A stretch of DNA of 64,000 bases from an uncultured Calditrichaceae bacterium (lineage in GTDB: Bacteria > Calditrichota > Calditrichia > RBG-13-44-9). The translations under genes and the position numbers were made by a program. The notes beneath the pieces were generated by a model. That model was not told where the DNA came from. It did not search any database and saw only the letters and a list, made by a program, of their open reading frames with translations. Every line of letters begins with the position of its first letter. The stretch's first letter is position 1. The stretch covers positions 15,237 through 79,236 of the forward strand of contig CAZTXJ010000001.1 in the NCBI GenBank assembly GCA_964617285.1, read 5' to 3'. Shown piece by piece: positions 11,350-21,423 of the stretch.

Positions 11350-12482
11350 TCCCAGAAAAGCCTACAGAAACCCTCCTATACCTTAAAAGTAAAGCCACTC
11401 TGTTTCCATTTTTTATGTTCATGGTTTTACTTGTACCACTCATAAATATGGCAGCGAGTGGTTCCAGGCTTGAATTATTACACTCCGATATTTCAAAAGG
11501 GGAGATGGTGGACGGCAGACCATTGCGAATCCTGCAGGGGAATGTTCATGCCCGTCAGGACAGTCTGGAATTGTTTTGCGACCGGGCGGTCTATGATGAA
11601 ACCGAAAAAATCCTGACCCTGAAGGGGAATGTCCATCTTTATCGCGGACAGGATACGCTTCTCGCCCGGGAAGTACGCTATTTTGAGGTGTCAAAAATTG
11701 CCATTGCTGAAGGTAAGGTGGAGGTTTTCAGACCACTTCAGCGGATGAAATGCAATTTTTTGGAATATTACTATGAGACTGATAAAATCAGGGCATCCGG
11801 TCACCTCTTTTTGCATGACATGGAGAACAGAGTCTATATCACCGGTGGAAAAGGAGAATATATACCGGAGCAAAAATACAGTTATGTTCAGGACAAAGCT
11901 CATTTTTGGCGAATAGACAGTACCTCCAATGATACTTTGAATATTTACAGCCGGATAATGGAATACCAATTTGGAGTTTCGAGGAAGGCAATCGCCCAGG
12001 ATTCGGTTCGGATCATCCAGGAAAATTTACATGCGACTTGTGATTCGGCCATCTATCATTTGGATCAGGATATGATCAATCTAAAAGGTGGGCCACTGGC
12101 TATTCAGGAAAATAACAAGATATCCGGTAGGGAGATGCAGATGTTTCTGGAAAACCAGGAACTGCGAAAAATCATGGTTACGGAAGGTGCCAGAGCAATT
12201 TCGATAACTGATACGGTTTTGCAAAAAGAAAATCGATTGGAGGGCCGATCTATCGTGATGTATATTGCCAATCGAAAATTGAATGAATTACAGGCTATTT
12301 CCAATGCCCGGAGCTTCTATCATTTGAAGGAAGGGGATCAAGACCAGGGCATTAATGTGGCATCCGCCGATACCATAAAGGCCTTTTTTAAGAATAATGA
12401 AATTGATAGCATTGCGGTTATCGGAGGTGCCCAGGGCATTTTTTACCCGGATAATTACAAAGGCCCGATAAAAGAGGATTAA
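11346..12482 (+). CDS. lptA: OstA-like / LptA-family periplasmic LPS transport protein (long form)
   Basis: Signal/TM, then OstA-N-like beta-jellyroll repeats. Sits between lptC and lptB. At 378 aa it is about twice the size of a typical LptA. Confidence 0.5.
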   Translation: MIPEKPTETLLYLKSKATLFPFFMFMVLLVPLINMAASGSRLELLHSDISKGEMVDGRPLRILQGNVHARQDSLELFCDRAVYDETEKILTLKGNVHLYRGQDTLLAREVRYFEVSKIAIAEGKVEVFRPLQRMKCNFLEYYYETDKIRASGHLFLHDMENRVYITGGKGEYIPEQKYSYVQDKAHFWRIDSTSNDTLNIYSRIMEYQFGVSRKAIAQDSVRIIQENLHATCDSAIYHLDQDMINLKGGPLAIQENNKISGREMQMFLENQELRKIMVTEGARAISITDTVLQKENRLEGRSIVMYIANRKLNELQAISNARSFYHLKEGDQDQGINVASADTIKAFFKNNEIDSIAVIGGAQGIFYPDNYKGPIKED

Positions 12483-12485
12483 TTT

Positions 12486-13238
12486 TTGGAAGGTGTCGAT
12501 TACATCAAAGGACAGTCGATCCTTTACACTCAAAACTTAGTAAAGATATACGGCAAAAGACGGGTAGTGGATGATGTGAGTGTAAAAGTTACCCAGGGAG
12601 AAATTGTCGGTTTACTGGGTCCGAATGGGGCAGGGAAAACTACCTCATTCTATATGATAACCGGGCTTATTCGTCCCAATGCTGGTCATATCTTTCTGAA
12701 TGAGGATGATATTACCAATTTGCCGATGTATAAAAGATCCCGCCTCGGGATATCCTATCTTCCTCAGGAAGCTTCTATATTCCGGAAATTAACAGTGGAG
12801 GAAAACCTGCTGGCCATCATGGAAGTTATTGGTGTAAAACGTAACGAACGGAAACAGCGCACCCAGGAACTTCTGGAAGAGCTGGGTATTGCTCATCTTG
12901 CTAAAAATAAGGGATATAATCTTTCCGGTGGGGAGCGCAGACGCACGGAGATCGCCCGTACCCTGGTGACCAATCCAAAATTTATTCTACTGGATGAACC
13001 GTTTGCCGGGGTGGATCCGATTGCGGTGCAGGATATTCAGAATATTGTGAAGAATCTGAAAGAGAAAAATATAGGGGTATTGATTACTGACCATAATGTC
13101 CGGGAGACACTTTCTATTACCGATCATGCCTACCTGCTTTTTGAGGGAAAAATCCTGAAAGAAGGTAACAGTGAATATTTGGCAAACGATCCGGAAGCCC
13201 GAAAATTGTATCTGGGAGATAAGTTTAGACTATATTAA
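12486..13238 (+). CDS. lptB: LPS export ABC transporter ATP-binding protein
   Basis: Walker [18 protein letters not shown] signature, Walker B LLDEP. Confidence 0.85.
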   Translation: MEGVDYIKGQSILYTQNLVKIYGKRRVVDDVSVKVTQGEIVGLLGPNGAGKTTSFYMITGLIRPNAGHIFLNEDDITNLPMYKRSRLGISYLPQEASIFRKLTVEENLLAIMEVIGVKRNERKQRTQELLEELGIAHLAKNKGYNLSGGERRRTEIARTLVTNPKFILLDEPFAGVDPIAVQDIQNIVKNLKEKNIGVLITDHNVRETLSITDHAYLLFEGKILKEGNSEYLANDPEARKLYLGDKFRLY

Positions 13239-13272
13239 TGTTACATACCTTGCGGTAGTATATAATTAAAAA

Positions 13273-13294
13273 GGCGGCTGTTGAGCCGCCTTTT
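13273..13294. terminator. Bidirectional rho-independent terminator between lptB (+) and pfk (-)
   Basis: GGCGGCTG-ttga-GCCGCC hairpin followed by TTTT and preceded by AAAAA. Confidence 0.6.
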
Positions 13295-13312
13295 CGATTC
13301 TGGATATAATTA

Positions 13313-14773
13313 TTATTTAACTTTCTTGGTAGGTTTAGTTGCTTTGCTACTCGAGATGGTCTTGCTTTTCTGATCCTCATCCCCGCCATTGTCATGATCA
13401 ATTCTTCTGGGATATTTCTCCGGATCAAGGTTTGGTAACTCCCAGAAATCTGATTTGACAATATAGGAAAATCGTTTTCGGAATGCTTCCAGACTGATCC
13501 CCGCCGTAGCGGCAAATTTGGCCAGCTCATGGGGATCCTCAAAATCTTCCTGACTGAGGCGAAGCATATAACGCCGGGCAATCTGGTAGTATTCAGAATG
13601 GGTATCTATCATGCGGACTTTGGTTTTCTTGGTTTCCGGATCAATGATTTCATTGAAGAACATTGGCACGAAACGACCTTCCTGGATGGAGATCATAGCG
13701 CCGTTGCCGCCATCGATTAAAAATTGAGCGGCGCAATAGCCAAGGTCACGGGTATATTCCATGTCGAATGGAATAGGATCGGCACACCGGAGTTCATACC
13801 CGATGTTCTTTGAAACAATCGTGCTTTTAAGATTAAATTTTTTCAATTCCTGCTGCACTCTGAATTTCAGGATTTCTCCGAAATTGACCTCCGCCAGGCG
13901 GATATTATCATGGGCATCGCGTTCCACATTAAGCAGAACCTCCAGATCTTTTGGATCGAGGCGCTCCACAATTCCCTCTGCCAGAATTGCCACGCCATCC
14001 GGCCGTTCATAACTGAGCCGTTTGATGATGGCCCCAACCAGAATATCAACAATTTTATTCAACCGGATGGTGGATTCGGGAAATTCCTCCGGAATGATGG
14101 TAAGGGTTGCCCCGGCGGCCTTTCCGATTCCCATAGCCAGGTGGCCGGCCTTCCGCCCCATGGACACAACGAAGTACCAGCGGGAAGTAGTCTGGGCATC
14201 AACCATCAGATTCTTTACGATGTTTACCCCAACGTGGCGCGCCGTCTGAAATCCGAAAGTACACAGTCCGTGCGGCAGATCCAGATCATTATCAATGGTT
14301 TTTGGCACATGCACAACTCTAATTCTTCCCGCAGCGAGCTCTTCAACTTTCATGGCACTGAAGGCCGTGTCATCACCCCCGATAGTGATGAGTTTATCCA
14401 CATTCAGTCGAAGTAAGGAAGTCACTACATTTTCCAGAAATTTCTTATCCTTGGTAGGATTATCCCGGGCGATGCCGATGTACGATCCGCCCCGAAAATG
14501 TATTCGGCTGACATCTTCTATATTCAGCACATTATGGTGAGTAATTTCACCCTGCATCAGCCATTTAAAACCGTCCTTAATTCCGATAACATCCACGCCC
14601 TCTAAGTTAGCCCGAATGGTTGCCGCACTGATAACACTATTGATTCCGGGTGCCGGTCCGCCAGCAACCAGGACAGCCATATTTTTAGGTGCAATAGTCA
14701 TCTCTGTTTTTTCCTCCATGTTAAAACCCTTTAAAACAGGGGTAAATCTACCAATTAATAGATATAATTTCAA
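13313..14773 (-). CDS. pfk: 6-phosphofructokinase, probably pyrophosphate-dependent
   Basis: GGPAPGIN, GGDDT (Asp rather than Gly at the discriminating position) and PKTIDND (Lys) fit PPi-PFK. The true start is probably an internal Met (MEEK.../MTIAPK) near 14719. Lys/Ser-rich C-terminal tail. Confidence 0.8.
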   Translation of the reverse strand: MKLYLLIGRFTPVLKGFNMEEKTEMTIAPKNMAVLVAGGPAPGINSVISAATIRANLEGVDVIGIKDGFKWLMQGEITHHNVLNIEDVSRIHFRGGSYIGIARDNPTKDKKFLENVVTSLLRLNVDKLITIGGDDTAFSAMKVEELAAGRIRVVHVPKTIDNDLDLPHGLCTFGFQTARHVGVNIVKNLMVDAQTTSRWYFVVSMGRKAGHLAMGIGKAAGATLTIIPEEFPESTIRLNKIVDILVGAIIKRLSYERPDGVAILAEGIVERLDPKDLEVLLNVERDAHDNIRLAEVNFGEILKFRVQQELKKFNLKSTIVSKNIGYELRCADPIPFDMEYTRDLGYCAAQFLIDGGNGAMISIQEGRFVPMFFNEIIDPETKKTKVRMIDTHSEYYQIARRYMLRLSQEDFEDPHELAKFAATAGISLEAFRKRFSYIVKSDFWELPNLDPEKYPRRIDHDNGGDEDQKSKTISSSKATKPTKKVK

Positions 14774-14813
14774 GGGTTATTACTTTATCCGGTAACCCAT
14801 GAAAATTAAAAAA

Positions 14814-14835
14814 GCGACTAAAAGTCGCCTTTTTA
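14814..14835. terminator. Rho-independent terminator hairpin between pfk and the peptidase gene
   Basis: GCGACT-aaa-AGTCGC stem flanked by A-run and T-run. Confidence 0.5.
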
Positions 14836-14867
14836 ATTACCTCAAGAATATACTTTTTTCAGAATTC

Positions 14868-16997
14868 TTACTCTTTTATTTTTTTACTCGCCGTCTCCGC
14901 TGCTTTAATCAGAGGTTCGGAAGAAACCCTGGAGCCTACCGCTTGTTGCATCCAGATCTGAGGGGACAGCCGGCCTAATTTGCACATGCGTTCCATTTCC
15001 GTTGCCAGTGCATGATCCTGCAGGTATTGTTCTATCTGGAATGAAATTATATGTCCCAAAGGATAGTCCGGAGTATACATGCCGCCATCCACAATGTGTG
15101 AATAGATGGCCAGTAGTATCTGGTCGGGCATCCCCAGGACCGGTGTGAAGTAATCGTTCCATACCTGTTTGGATATAGTGATCATGGCCTGTTTTAACTC
15201 TTCCGGATTTGCCTGCGGATGTTCATACATCCATTCCCAGATGTAGATATCAGTTAGGGCTACTCCGGAAATCTCCATGGTCGCCCAGATGTCATTCAGG
15301 GCTCGCAGATATTCCGCATCGGAGGAAGACTCGCTGAGTCCCAGCACTTTTAAATCTCTGGATTGAAATACAAAAGCAAACGCCTCGGTGAAGGCTGTGT
15401 TTGGTACACCATTCAGGGTGTAATAATCCACCTCGTTAAGCGAGAATATTTGTTCCACATTATGACCCAATTCATGAATGGCGATGTTAAATCCTTTATA
15501 CTTCATACCACCGGTGGGAATCCTGGTGCGCAAATGGGCTTTGTCTGTCCGCATGGCTGCACCCATGGCATGGCCAGCACCGCGGGAGGGATCTACCTGG
15601 ATATGCTCTGCCAGGAATTCGGATTTTTGTGGACTAAATCCGATCTTTCTTAAAATATAGGGAAGATCCTTTTGGAAGGCAGCTACATCTGGATACATTT
15701 TTCCTACGATTTTATCCAGTGCTTCTTCATTATAACTTGATTTCGGTTTGAATCCGGTATACCAGATATCGAATGGTTCCAGAGGCCGACCCAATCTTTT
15801 CTGTATTAAGGCAGCGATATCTTTCAAGACCGGTGCTTGCAGAACAGATTTGAGAAGATTTTCGACATCAGATTTCGACATTTCCCGGTTGATTTTAAAC
15901 CGGCGGTCGATAAGAGACGGTGCCTGGGGATAATAGGGATCCACCAGTTTTTCCCCCTGATAAATATCCCAGATATGATCGTAGCGGGTATTTGGCTCTG
16001 CGCTTGCCGCTACCACCGAATCCGTTCCGGCCTGGTAAACTTTATTGTCATACGGATTCCAGTCAAATTTTTCACTGTCGATAACTTTTTCCGGTATCTC
16101 CTGTAGAATGATGCGCTGCATCACCTCCTGGATCATCTTCTGTCTGGCAAAACCATCGGCATTGGCATACTGGGCTTTCAACTCATCCCGCAGACCCCAG
16201 TGACTGATCAGTTTTAAATCTGCCGGGAAAAGCCGCTGCCCTTCATTATCAATTAAATTATGCATGTAAATGTTGTAATTGCTGATGTAGTCGTCGGCCA
16301 GGGTATAGGCTTCCGATCTTTTTTGTAAGACATCTGCCGGGACGCGGCTGGAAAAGTCTTCAACTAATCTCACTTCTGCCCACTTTTTACGAGGCCAATT
16401 TAGTCCTTCTAAATTTTTTTGCTCCAGCGTTTCCAGCGGAAAATTAAGAAGTGCAGCAAACGCAATTTTGGTCTTAAACAGATCTTCACTGACGTGAGCA
16501 TAGGGTTCGTAATTGGCGAATAAGTAATCTATGGCATAAACCGGGCCCACATCTACCTGCAGCTGCCAGTTAAAATTGCGGGAGATACGCAATAAATTCC
16601 CATACAGGCTCTCCAGATGGTCCTGAAATCGGGTGAAAATAACATTCAGTTGGGTGGAATCGGTGGAAAAATTGTTCAGACAAAAATCCTGAAAGGCCTG
16701 CGCTGTTCCATCGGTTTTATGCCAGCGCAGGGCAACCTGATTTACGCCTTTATCGATTCTATCCCTGGCGGAATCGCCGAATTTGGCCACCAGTGCTGAG
16801 ATGGTATTTTCTTTAGCCGATTCATTTATAACCATATCTGTTTGTCCTTTGGTATTTTGACCACTGCAACCAAAATATAAAACTGACATTGTCAGGATAG
16901 TCAGTGTGGTAAAGAATATTTTTAGAATTTTCAACATAAGCCAGGCTCCTTTTTTCTTTAAAATTAAGCATAGAAAGAAAAGATAGAAAGGTATCAT
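14868..16997 (-). CDS. Zinc metallopeptidase (HExxH; M2/M3-like zincin), probable lipoprotein
   Basis: HELGH, with a downstream Glu in an FTEAF context resembling the M2 HEAIGD third-ligand region. Lipobox-like signal ending in LYFGCSG; the true start is probably the internal MLKILK. Confidence 0.6.
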   Translation of the reverse strand: MIPFYLFFLCLILKKKGAWLMLKILKIFFTTLTILTMSVLYFGCSGQNTKGQTDMVINESAKENTISALVAKFGDSARDRIDKGVNQVALRWHKTDGTAQAFQDFCLNNFSTDSTQLNVIFTRFQDHLESLYGNLLRISRNFNWQLQVDVGPVYAIDYLFANYEPYAHVSEDLFKTKIAFAALLNFPLETLEQKNLEGLNWPRKKWAEVRLVEDFSSRVPADVLQKRSEAYTLADDYISNYNIYMHNLIDNEGQRLFPADLKLISHWGLRDELKAQYANADGFARQKMIQEVMQRIILQEIPEKVIDSEKFDWNPYDNKVYQAGTDSVVAASAEPNTRYDHIWDIYQGEKLVDPYYPQAPSLIDRRFKINREMSKSDVENLLKSVLQAPVLKDIAALIQKRLGRPLEPFDIWYTGFKPKSSYNEEALDKIVGKMYPDVAAFQKDLPYILRKIGFSPQKSEFLAEHIQVDPSRGAGHAMGAAMRTDKAHLRTRIPTGGMKYKGFNIAIHELGHNVEQIFSLNEVDYYTLNGVPNTAFTEAFAFVFQSRDLKVLGLSESSSDAEYLRALNDIWATMEISGVALTDIYIWEWMYEHPQANPEELKQAMITISKQVWNDYFTPVLGMPDQILLAIYSHIVDGGMYTPDYPLGHIISFQIEQYLQDHALATEMERMCKLGRLSPQIWMQQAVGSRVSSEPLIKAAETASKKIKE

Positions 16998-17093
16998 TTC
17001 ATTTATAGCGGCAATATCATTACCGTAGGAGTGGAGAAAATCGAGTTCAGAAAATTATATTTTTTTGTTTGATTTTTAAAAATATTTATTATA

Positions 17094-17113
17094 TTAAGAC
17101 AAAAGAGTCTTAA
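17094..17113. promoter_or_regulatory. Candidate operator: perfect inverted repeat TTAAGAC-N6-GTCTTAA 17 bp upstream of the Rrf2 gene
   Basis: Seen directly. An imperfect second copy (TAAGAT-N6-GTCTTA) lies at 17606-17626 upstream of the next gene. Confidence 0.4.
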
Positions 17114-17129
17114 ATACTGGAATATAAAA

Positions 17130-17570
17130 ATGACTTTTTCTAAAGCTTGTAATTACGGCGTCCGGGCTGCCCTGTATGTTGCTACCCGGAACCAGCAGGA
17201 ATTTGTTTCCATCAAAGAAATATCAGAGAAATTAAATATATCGTTTCATTTCTTAACCAAAATATTACAAACTCTGACCCAGAATGGGATCATGACCTCC
17301 TTTCGGGGTCCCAAGGGGGGAGTCGCGCTGGCCAGACCTGCAATCGAAATCTCCCTGCTGGATGTAGTTCAAGCTATTGATGGGGAGTCCCTGTTCACTG
17401 AATGTGTTCTGGGATTAAACAATTGCGGCGATGACCAGCCCTGTCCGCTTCATAATCAATGGACTGGGATTCGGCAAAATATTCACGATTTATTTGAATC
17501 AACTTCGCTTCATCAGGTGGCCTTGGATGTTACCCAAAATGGATTCCGTTTAACCAACCTGATGTTGTAG
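17130..17570 (+). CDS. Rrf2 family transcriptional regulator (NsrR/IscR-like, Fe-S type)
   Basis: Rrf2 winged helix-turn-helix N-terminus. Three clustered Cys (C-x7-C-x5-C) in the C-terminal half, typical of cluster-binding Rrf2 members. Confidence 0.75.
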   Translation: MTFSKACNYGVRAALYVATRNQQEFVSIKEISEKLNISFHFLTKILQTLTQNGIMTSFRGPKGGVALARPAIEISLLDVVQAIDGESLFTECVLGLNNCGDDQPCPLHNQWTGIRQNIHDLFESTSLHQVALDVTQNGFRLTNLML

Positions 17571-17643
17571 AAGATGATAAATAGGAATAAAATGTTGTGC
17601 TTAATAATAAGATAAAATAGTCTTAAATCTGGAAGTTGACGAA

Positions 17644-18759
17644 ATGAAAATAGAAACCGGACCGGAAGTAAATAAACAAAGAAAATTTGTCCGGCAAAAA
17701 AGATATTTCCGAAGAAGAAATACCGGTCATAAAATTCAACCGGTACGCAGAATGATTCAATTGTCGTTCTTCCTGATCATCTTGTGGATTGGGTTTGAGT
17801 TTGCCCGGTTTGTGCATCAACTGGAACAGGGGATAGTCCCCACCGTCTCAAGGCCACCAGGCGTAGAAGGCTTTCTTCCGATTAGTGCCCTGATTAGCCT
17901 GAAATACTGGTCATTAACCGGAGTGTTTAATACTATCCACCCATCTGCTCTGGTTTTACTTCTGATTATTCTGGTAACGGCAATTTTCTTGAAAAAAGGG
18001 TTTTGCAGTTGGGTTTGTCCTGTCGGCTTTATATCTGAATTGCTGACAAAACTCCATAAAATGGTTTTCGACCGCCAATTTAAATTAGCGACCTGGCTGG
18101 ATTATCCGCTGAGAACTCTGAAATATTTATTAATGCTATTTTTTCTCTTTGCAGTTTTTGTACAAATGAGACTGGTCGATCTCCACCATTTTATTTATAG
18201 CCCCTATAATAAGATTGCTGATATTAAGATGTTAAGGTTTTTTACAGAAATGTCTTCGGTTACCTTCTGGACCCTGCTCATCCTGGTCGCGTTCTCATTT
18301 GCTATACCCTATTTCTGGTGTCGTTACCTCTGTCCGTATGGAGCTTTATTAGGGGGACTAAGTTTCTTAAGCCCATTTAAAATCCACCGGGTGAAAGAAA
18401 ATTGTATCGACTGCGAAAAATGCAGTAAAATTTGTCCGGCAAAAATAAAAGTCCATCAGGTAAAACAGGTTTGGTCAGACGAGTGCCATGCCTGCCTCAG
18501 CTGTGTGGATGTCTGTCCGGTGAAAGATACCCTTCATTTTTCTGCGAAAGAGAAGCAATTCAAATTGCCGGGAAAGATCTATGCTTTTCTCATTGTTTTC
18601 GTTTTCATTCTGGGTATCGCAATTGCCCGGTTGGGTGGGTTCTGGCAAAATGAAATTTCAATTAAAGAATATCAATATCATATCCGGCATTTAAACGATC
18701 CGGCTTATCAGCATAATCGCGGTCAGGTGCCTGAATATGATGAAAATTCATGGAAATAA
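17644..18759 (+). CDS. NapH/MauN/CcoG-like membrane polyferredoxin
   Basis: Multiple TM helices, a CSWVCPVGF motif and two CxxCxxCxxxCP 4Fe-4S motifs. Basic N-terminal extension. Confidence 0.55.
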   Translation: MKIETGPEVNKQRKFVRQKRYFRRRNTGHKIQPVRRMIQLSFFLIILWIGFEFARFVHQLEQGIVPTVSRPPGVEGFLPISALISLKYWSLTGVFNTIHPSALVLLLIILVTAIFLKKGFCSWVCPVGFISELLTKLHKMVFDRQFKLATWLDYPLRTLKYLLMLFFLFAVFVQMRLVDLHHFIYSPYNKIADIKMLRFFTEMSSVTFWTLLILVAFSFAIPYFWCRYLCPYGALLGGLSFLSPFKIHRVKENCIDCEKCSKICPAKIKVHQVKQVWSDECHACLSCVDVCPVKDTLHFSAKEKQFKLPGKIYAFLIVFVFILGIAIARLGGFWQNEISIKEYQYHIRHLNDPAYQHNRGQVPEYDENSWK

Positions 18760-18792
18760 AAATTCAAATAAATATGTAACAGGACTAAGGAA

Positions 18793-20034
18793 ATGAGTGA
18801 ATTAATCAATAACACCCAGAAACGAAAAGAGCTGCTGAAACATTTGATCCTTCAGCTCCATGAGGGCAAAACTGCTGAGGCGGTAAAAAAACAGCTGATC
18901 CGATTGCTGGGTAAAATACCTTATGGCGTTGTGGTGGAAGCCGAGCAGGAGCTGATTGCCGAGGGTTTGCCGGCAAAAGAAGTGCTTAAGTTGTGTGATG
19001 TTCATGGGGAAGCTTTGAAAGGCGTGGTTGACCTGACCGGTGCAAAGAAAGTCCCTCCCGGCCATCCGGTAGATACTTTTCTTAAAGAAAACGAAGCGCT
19101 GGAGAGTGAGATCCTGAATGCCGAGCTTATCCTGTCGGAATCCGAAAAATTACCGGAAGGGACCACACTAACCGATCAGTGGTTGAGGTTGCATCAGCAC
19201 TTTAATAATTTAATGGATATAGATAAACATTACCGGAGGAAGGAGAATCTGCTATTCCCATTCCTTGAAAAATATGGCATTACCGGGCCTCCCACAGTTA
19301 TGTGGGGGAAGGATGATGAGGTCCGCGAACTTCTGAAGAATGTCATCGATACCATTTCCTCAACCAAAAGTATTACTGCCGGTGAATTGAAGACAATTGC
19401 CGAATTGATTATTAAACCTGCTCTAAAATCAGTTGATGAGATGATTTACAAAGAACAGGAGATTTTATTTCCGATGTGTCTGGATACTTTGACTGATCTG
19501 GAATGGTACGAGATTTACCAACAGAGCGATGAAATCGGTTATTCTTTGGTAGCACCTCAAGCGAAATGGGTACCGGATGACCTTTCTGGCCAGGTTCAGA
19601 AAAAGAAGGATTCCGGATTGATACAATTTCAAACCGGAAATTTTCATCCGGAAGAACTCGAACGATTGTTTGACACATTGCCGGTTGATCTCACCTTTGT
19701 GGATAAAGATGACACAGTGAAGTTCTTTAGTAATAATCCAAATCGGATATTCGACCGGAATCGGGCCATTATTGGGAGGAAGGTGCAAATGTGCCATCCG
19801 CCCTCCAGTGTCCATGTGGTTCAAAAAATATTGGACGATTTTAAAGCCGGAAAACAGGACCGGGCAGCCTTCTGGATCAATTTGAAGGGGCGATTTATTC
19901 ACATCGAGTACTTTGCGATGCGAAGCACGGAAAATCAATATCTGGGTACGCTGGAGGTAAGCCAGGATTTAACTGATCTCCGCAAACTGGAAGGCGAGCA
20001 AAGATTGTTGAATTATGAAGGTGAAAGGGAGTAA
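18793..20034 (+). CDS. DUF438 / hemerythrin HHE cation-binding / PAS-like protein
   Basis: The N-terminal region matches the DUF438 pattern. A central His/Glu-rich hemerythrin-like four-helix region follows, then a C-terminal PAS-like region. Confidence 0.5.
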   Translation: MSELINNTQKRKELLKHLILQLHEGKTAEAVKKQLIRLLGKIPYGVVVEAEQELIAEGLPAKEVLKLCDVHGEALKGVVDLTGAKKVPPGHPVDTFLKENEALESEILNAELILSESEKLPEGTTLTDQWLRLHQHFNNLMDIDKHYRRKENLLFPFLEKYGITGPPTVMWGKDDEVRELLKNVIDTISSTKSITAGELKTIAELIIKPALKSVDEMIYKEQEILFPMCLDTLTDLEWYEIYQQSDEIGYSLVAPQAKWVPDDLSGQVQKKKDSGLIQFQTGNFHPEELERLFDTLPVDLTFVDKDDTVKFFSNNPNRIFDRNRAIIGRKVQMCHPPSSVHVVQKILDDFKAGKQDRAAFWINLKGRFIHIEYFAMRSTENQYLGTLEVSQDLTDLRKLEGEQRLLNYEGERE

Positions 20035-20037
20035 AAA

Positions 20038-20589
20038 ATGAAGGAAAATGAAGGATCGCGAAAATTGGTAATCACCCCGTATACAAAAATCGGAACACTA
20101 TTAGATACCTTTCCAGAGTTGGAGGAATTATTAACTGAAATGGCACCGGCATTTAGTAAACTACAGAATCCATTGCTCCGCAAGACAATTGCGAAAATTG
20201 CGACGTTGAGGCAGGCAGCAGAAATTGGAAATATTTCGCTTGGGGAATTGATAAATCGTTTAAGATGTGCGGTTGGCCAGGAGATCGAGGAAAATATAAC
20301 CGGGAAGAATGCGGCTTCTTTCAGTGAAAAACCTGATTGGATAACCGGCGGGAAAATCATAGATACTCTTGATGCCAGGCCCATGTTAGCAGATGGAGAA
20401 CATCCGGTACAACTTGTGATGAGCAAGATTGCTGGTCTTTGTGAGGATGAAGTATACTGCTTAATTACGCCGTTCAAACCCGTTCCATTAATCGAGACTG
20501 CAGAAAAGAAAGGATTTCGGAGCTGGACGGAGAAAATTTCGGAACAGGAATTCCATACTTATTTCAGTTCAAGTAACAATTTGAGTTAG
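20038..20589 (+). CDS. DUF1858 (ScdA_N-like) plus DUF2249-like protein
   Basis: N-terminus YTKIGTLLDTFPEL...TLRQAAEIGNISLGELINRL fits DUF1858. The C-terminal PxxL...GF(R/K)SW pattern fits DUF2249. Both are commonly linked to hemerythrin and NO-response genes. Confidence 0.4.
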   Translation: MKENEGSRKLVITPYTKIGTLLDTFPELEELLTEMAPAFSKLQNPLLRKTIAKIATLRQAAEIGNISLGELINRLRCAVGQEIEENITGKNAASFSEKPDWITGGKIIDTLDARPMLADGEHPVQLVMSKIAGLCEDEVYCLITPFKPVPLIETAEKKGFRSWTEKISEQEFHTYFSSSNNLS

Positions 20590-20620
20590 AGTCATAAGCG
20601 TCCTGAGGAAGTTATTTCTT

Positions 20621-21397
20621 ATGAAAGACACGGTTACCGAATTTTACCAGGAATTAGCGCCACATTACGACCAGATGACTCGTTTTCAGTCAAGATTTAA
20701 ATCCGAAGAAAAAATTTTAAGGGAATGGATAAAACGGTACGAATTTAAATCTGCCCTGGATGTTGCCTGCGGAACCGGTCTGCACGCAATTATTCTCTCC
20801 ACACTTGGTATTAAAGTGGTCGGATCGGACATCTCCCGGGATATGTTGGGACAGGCCAAACATAATGCAACTCAGGCAGGTACGAATGTTGAATGGATAA
20901 ATGCTTCCATGCAGGAGGTATCCCAAAAAGTTTCTCAAAAATTTGATGCAATTTTTTGTCTGGGAAATTCACTCCCTCACCTGTTGACTATTGGGGATTT
21001 GCATAAAACAGTTCAGGGACTCTCGAACCTCTTAAATGATTCGGGAATTCTGGTTCTTCAAATGCTGAATTACGACCAGCTGTTAAAATCAAAAAAACGA
21101 ATTGTTGGAATAAACCGGGAAAAAAACCGGGAATTTATCCGGTTTTATGATTTTCTGGAAAATCTGATACGATTCAACATATTGACCATCGTTTGGGAAG
21201 ATAATGTACCCACCCCACAACTTACCAGCACGCTTCTTCATCCGTATACCAAAGGGGAATTAAATACCACCCTGGCTCATTTTGGATTTACTGAAATAGA
21301 ATATTACGGTGATTTGAAATTTTCCGAATATCGGCCTATCGGATCACCAAATCTGGTAGTTGTGGCCCGCAAAAATAGTAAACAGGATCAACGTTAA
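20621..21397 (+). CDS. Class I SAM-dependent methyltransferase
   Basis: LDVACGTG motif I plus downstream motifs. Confidence 0.7.
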   Translation: MKDTVTEFYQELAPHYDQMTRFQSRFKSEEKILREWIKRYEFKSALDVACGTGLHAIILSTLGIKVVGSDISRDMLGQAKHNATQAGTNVEWINASMQEVSQKVSQKFDAIFCLGNSLPHLLTIGDLHKTVQGLSNLLNDSGILVLQMLNYDQLLKSKKRIVGINREKNREFIRFYDFLENLIRFNILTIVWEDNVPTPQLTSTLLHPYTKGELNTTLAHFGFTEIEYYGDLKFSEYRPIGSPNLVVVARKNSKQDQR

Positions 21398-21423
21398 AAA
21401 AAATAAAATCAGGAGAATTAGTC

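Noticed and set aside
13529-14540. Several plus-strand ORFs (63-168 aa) inside the pfk gene
   Set aside because: They are antisense to a well-supported conserved CDS, have no motifs, and have low-complexity Arg/Ser-rich translations typical of shadow ORFs.
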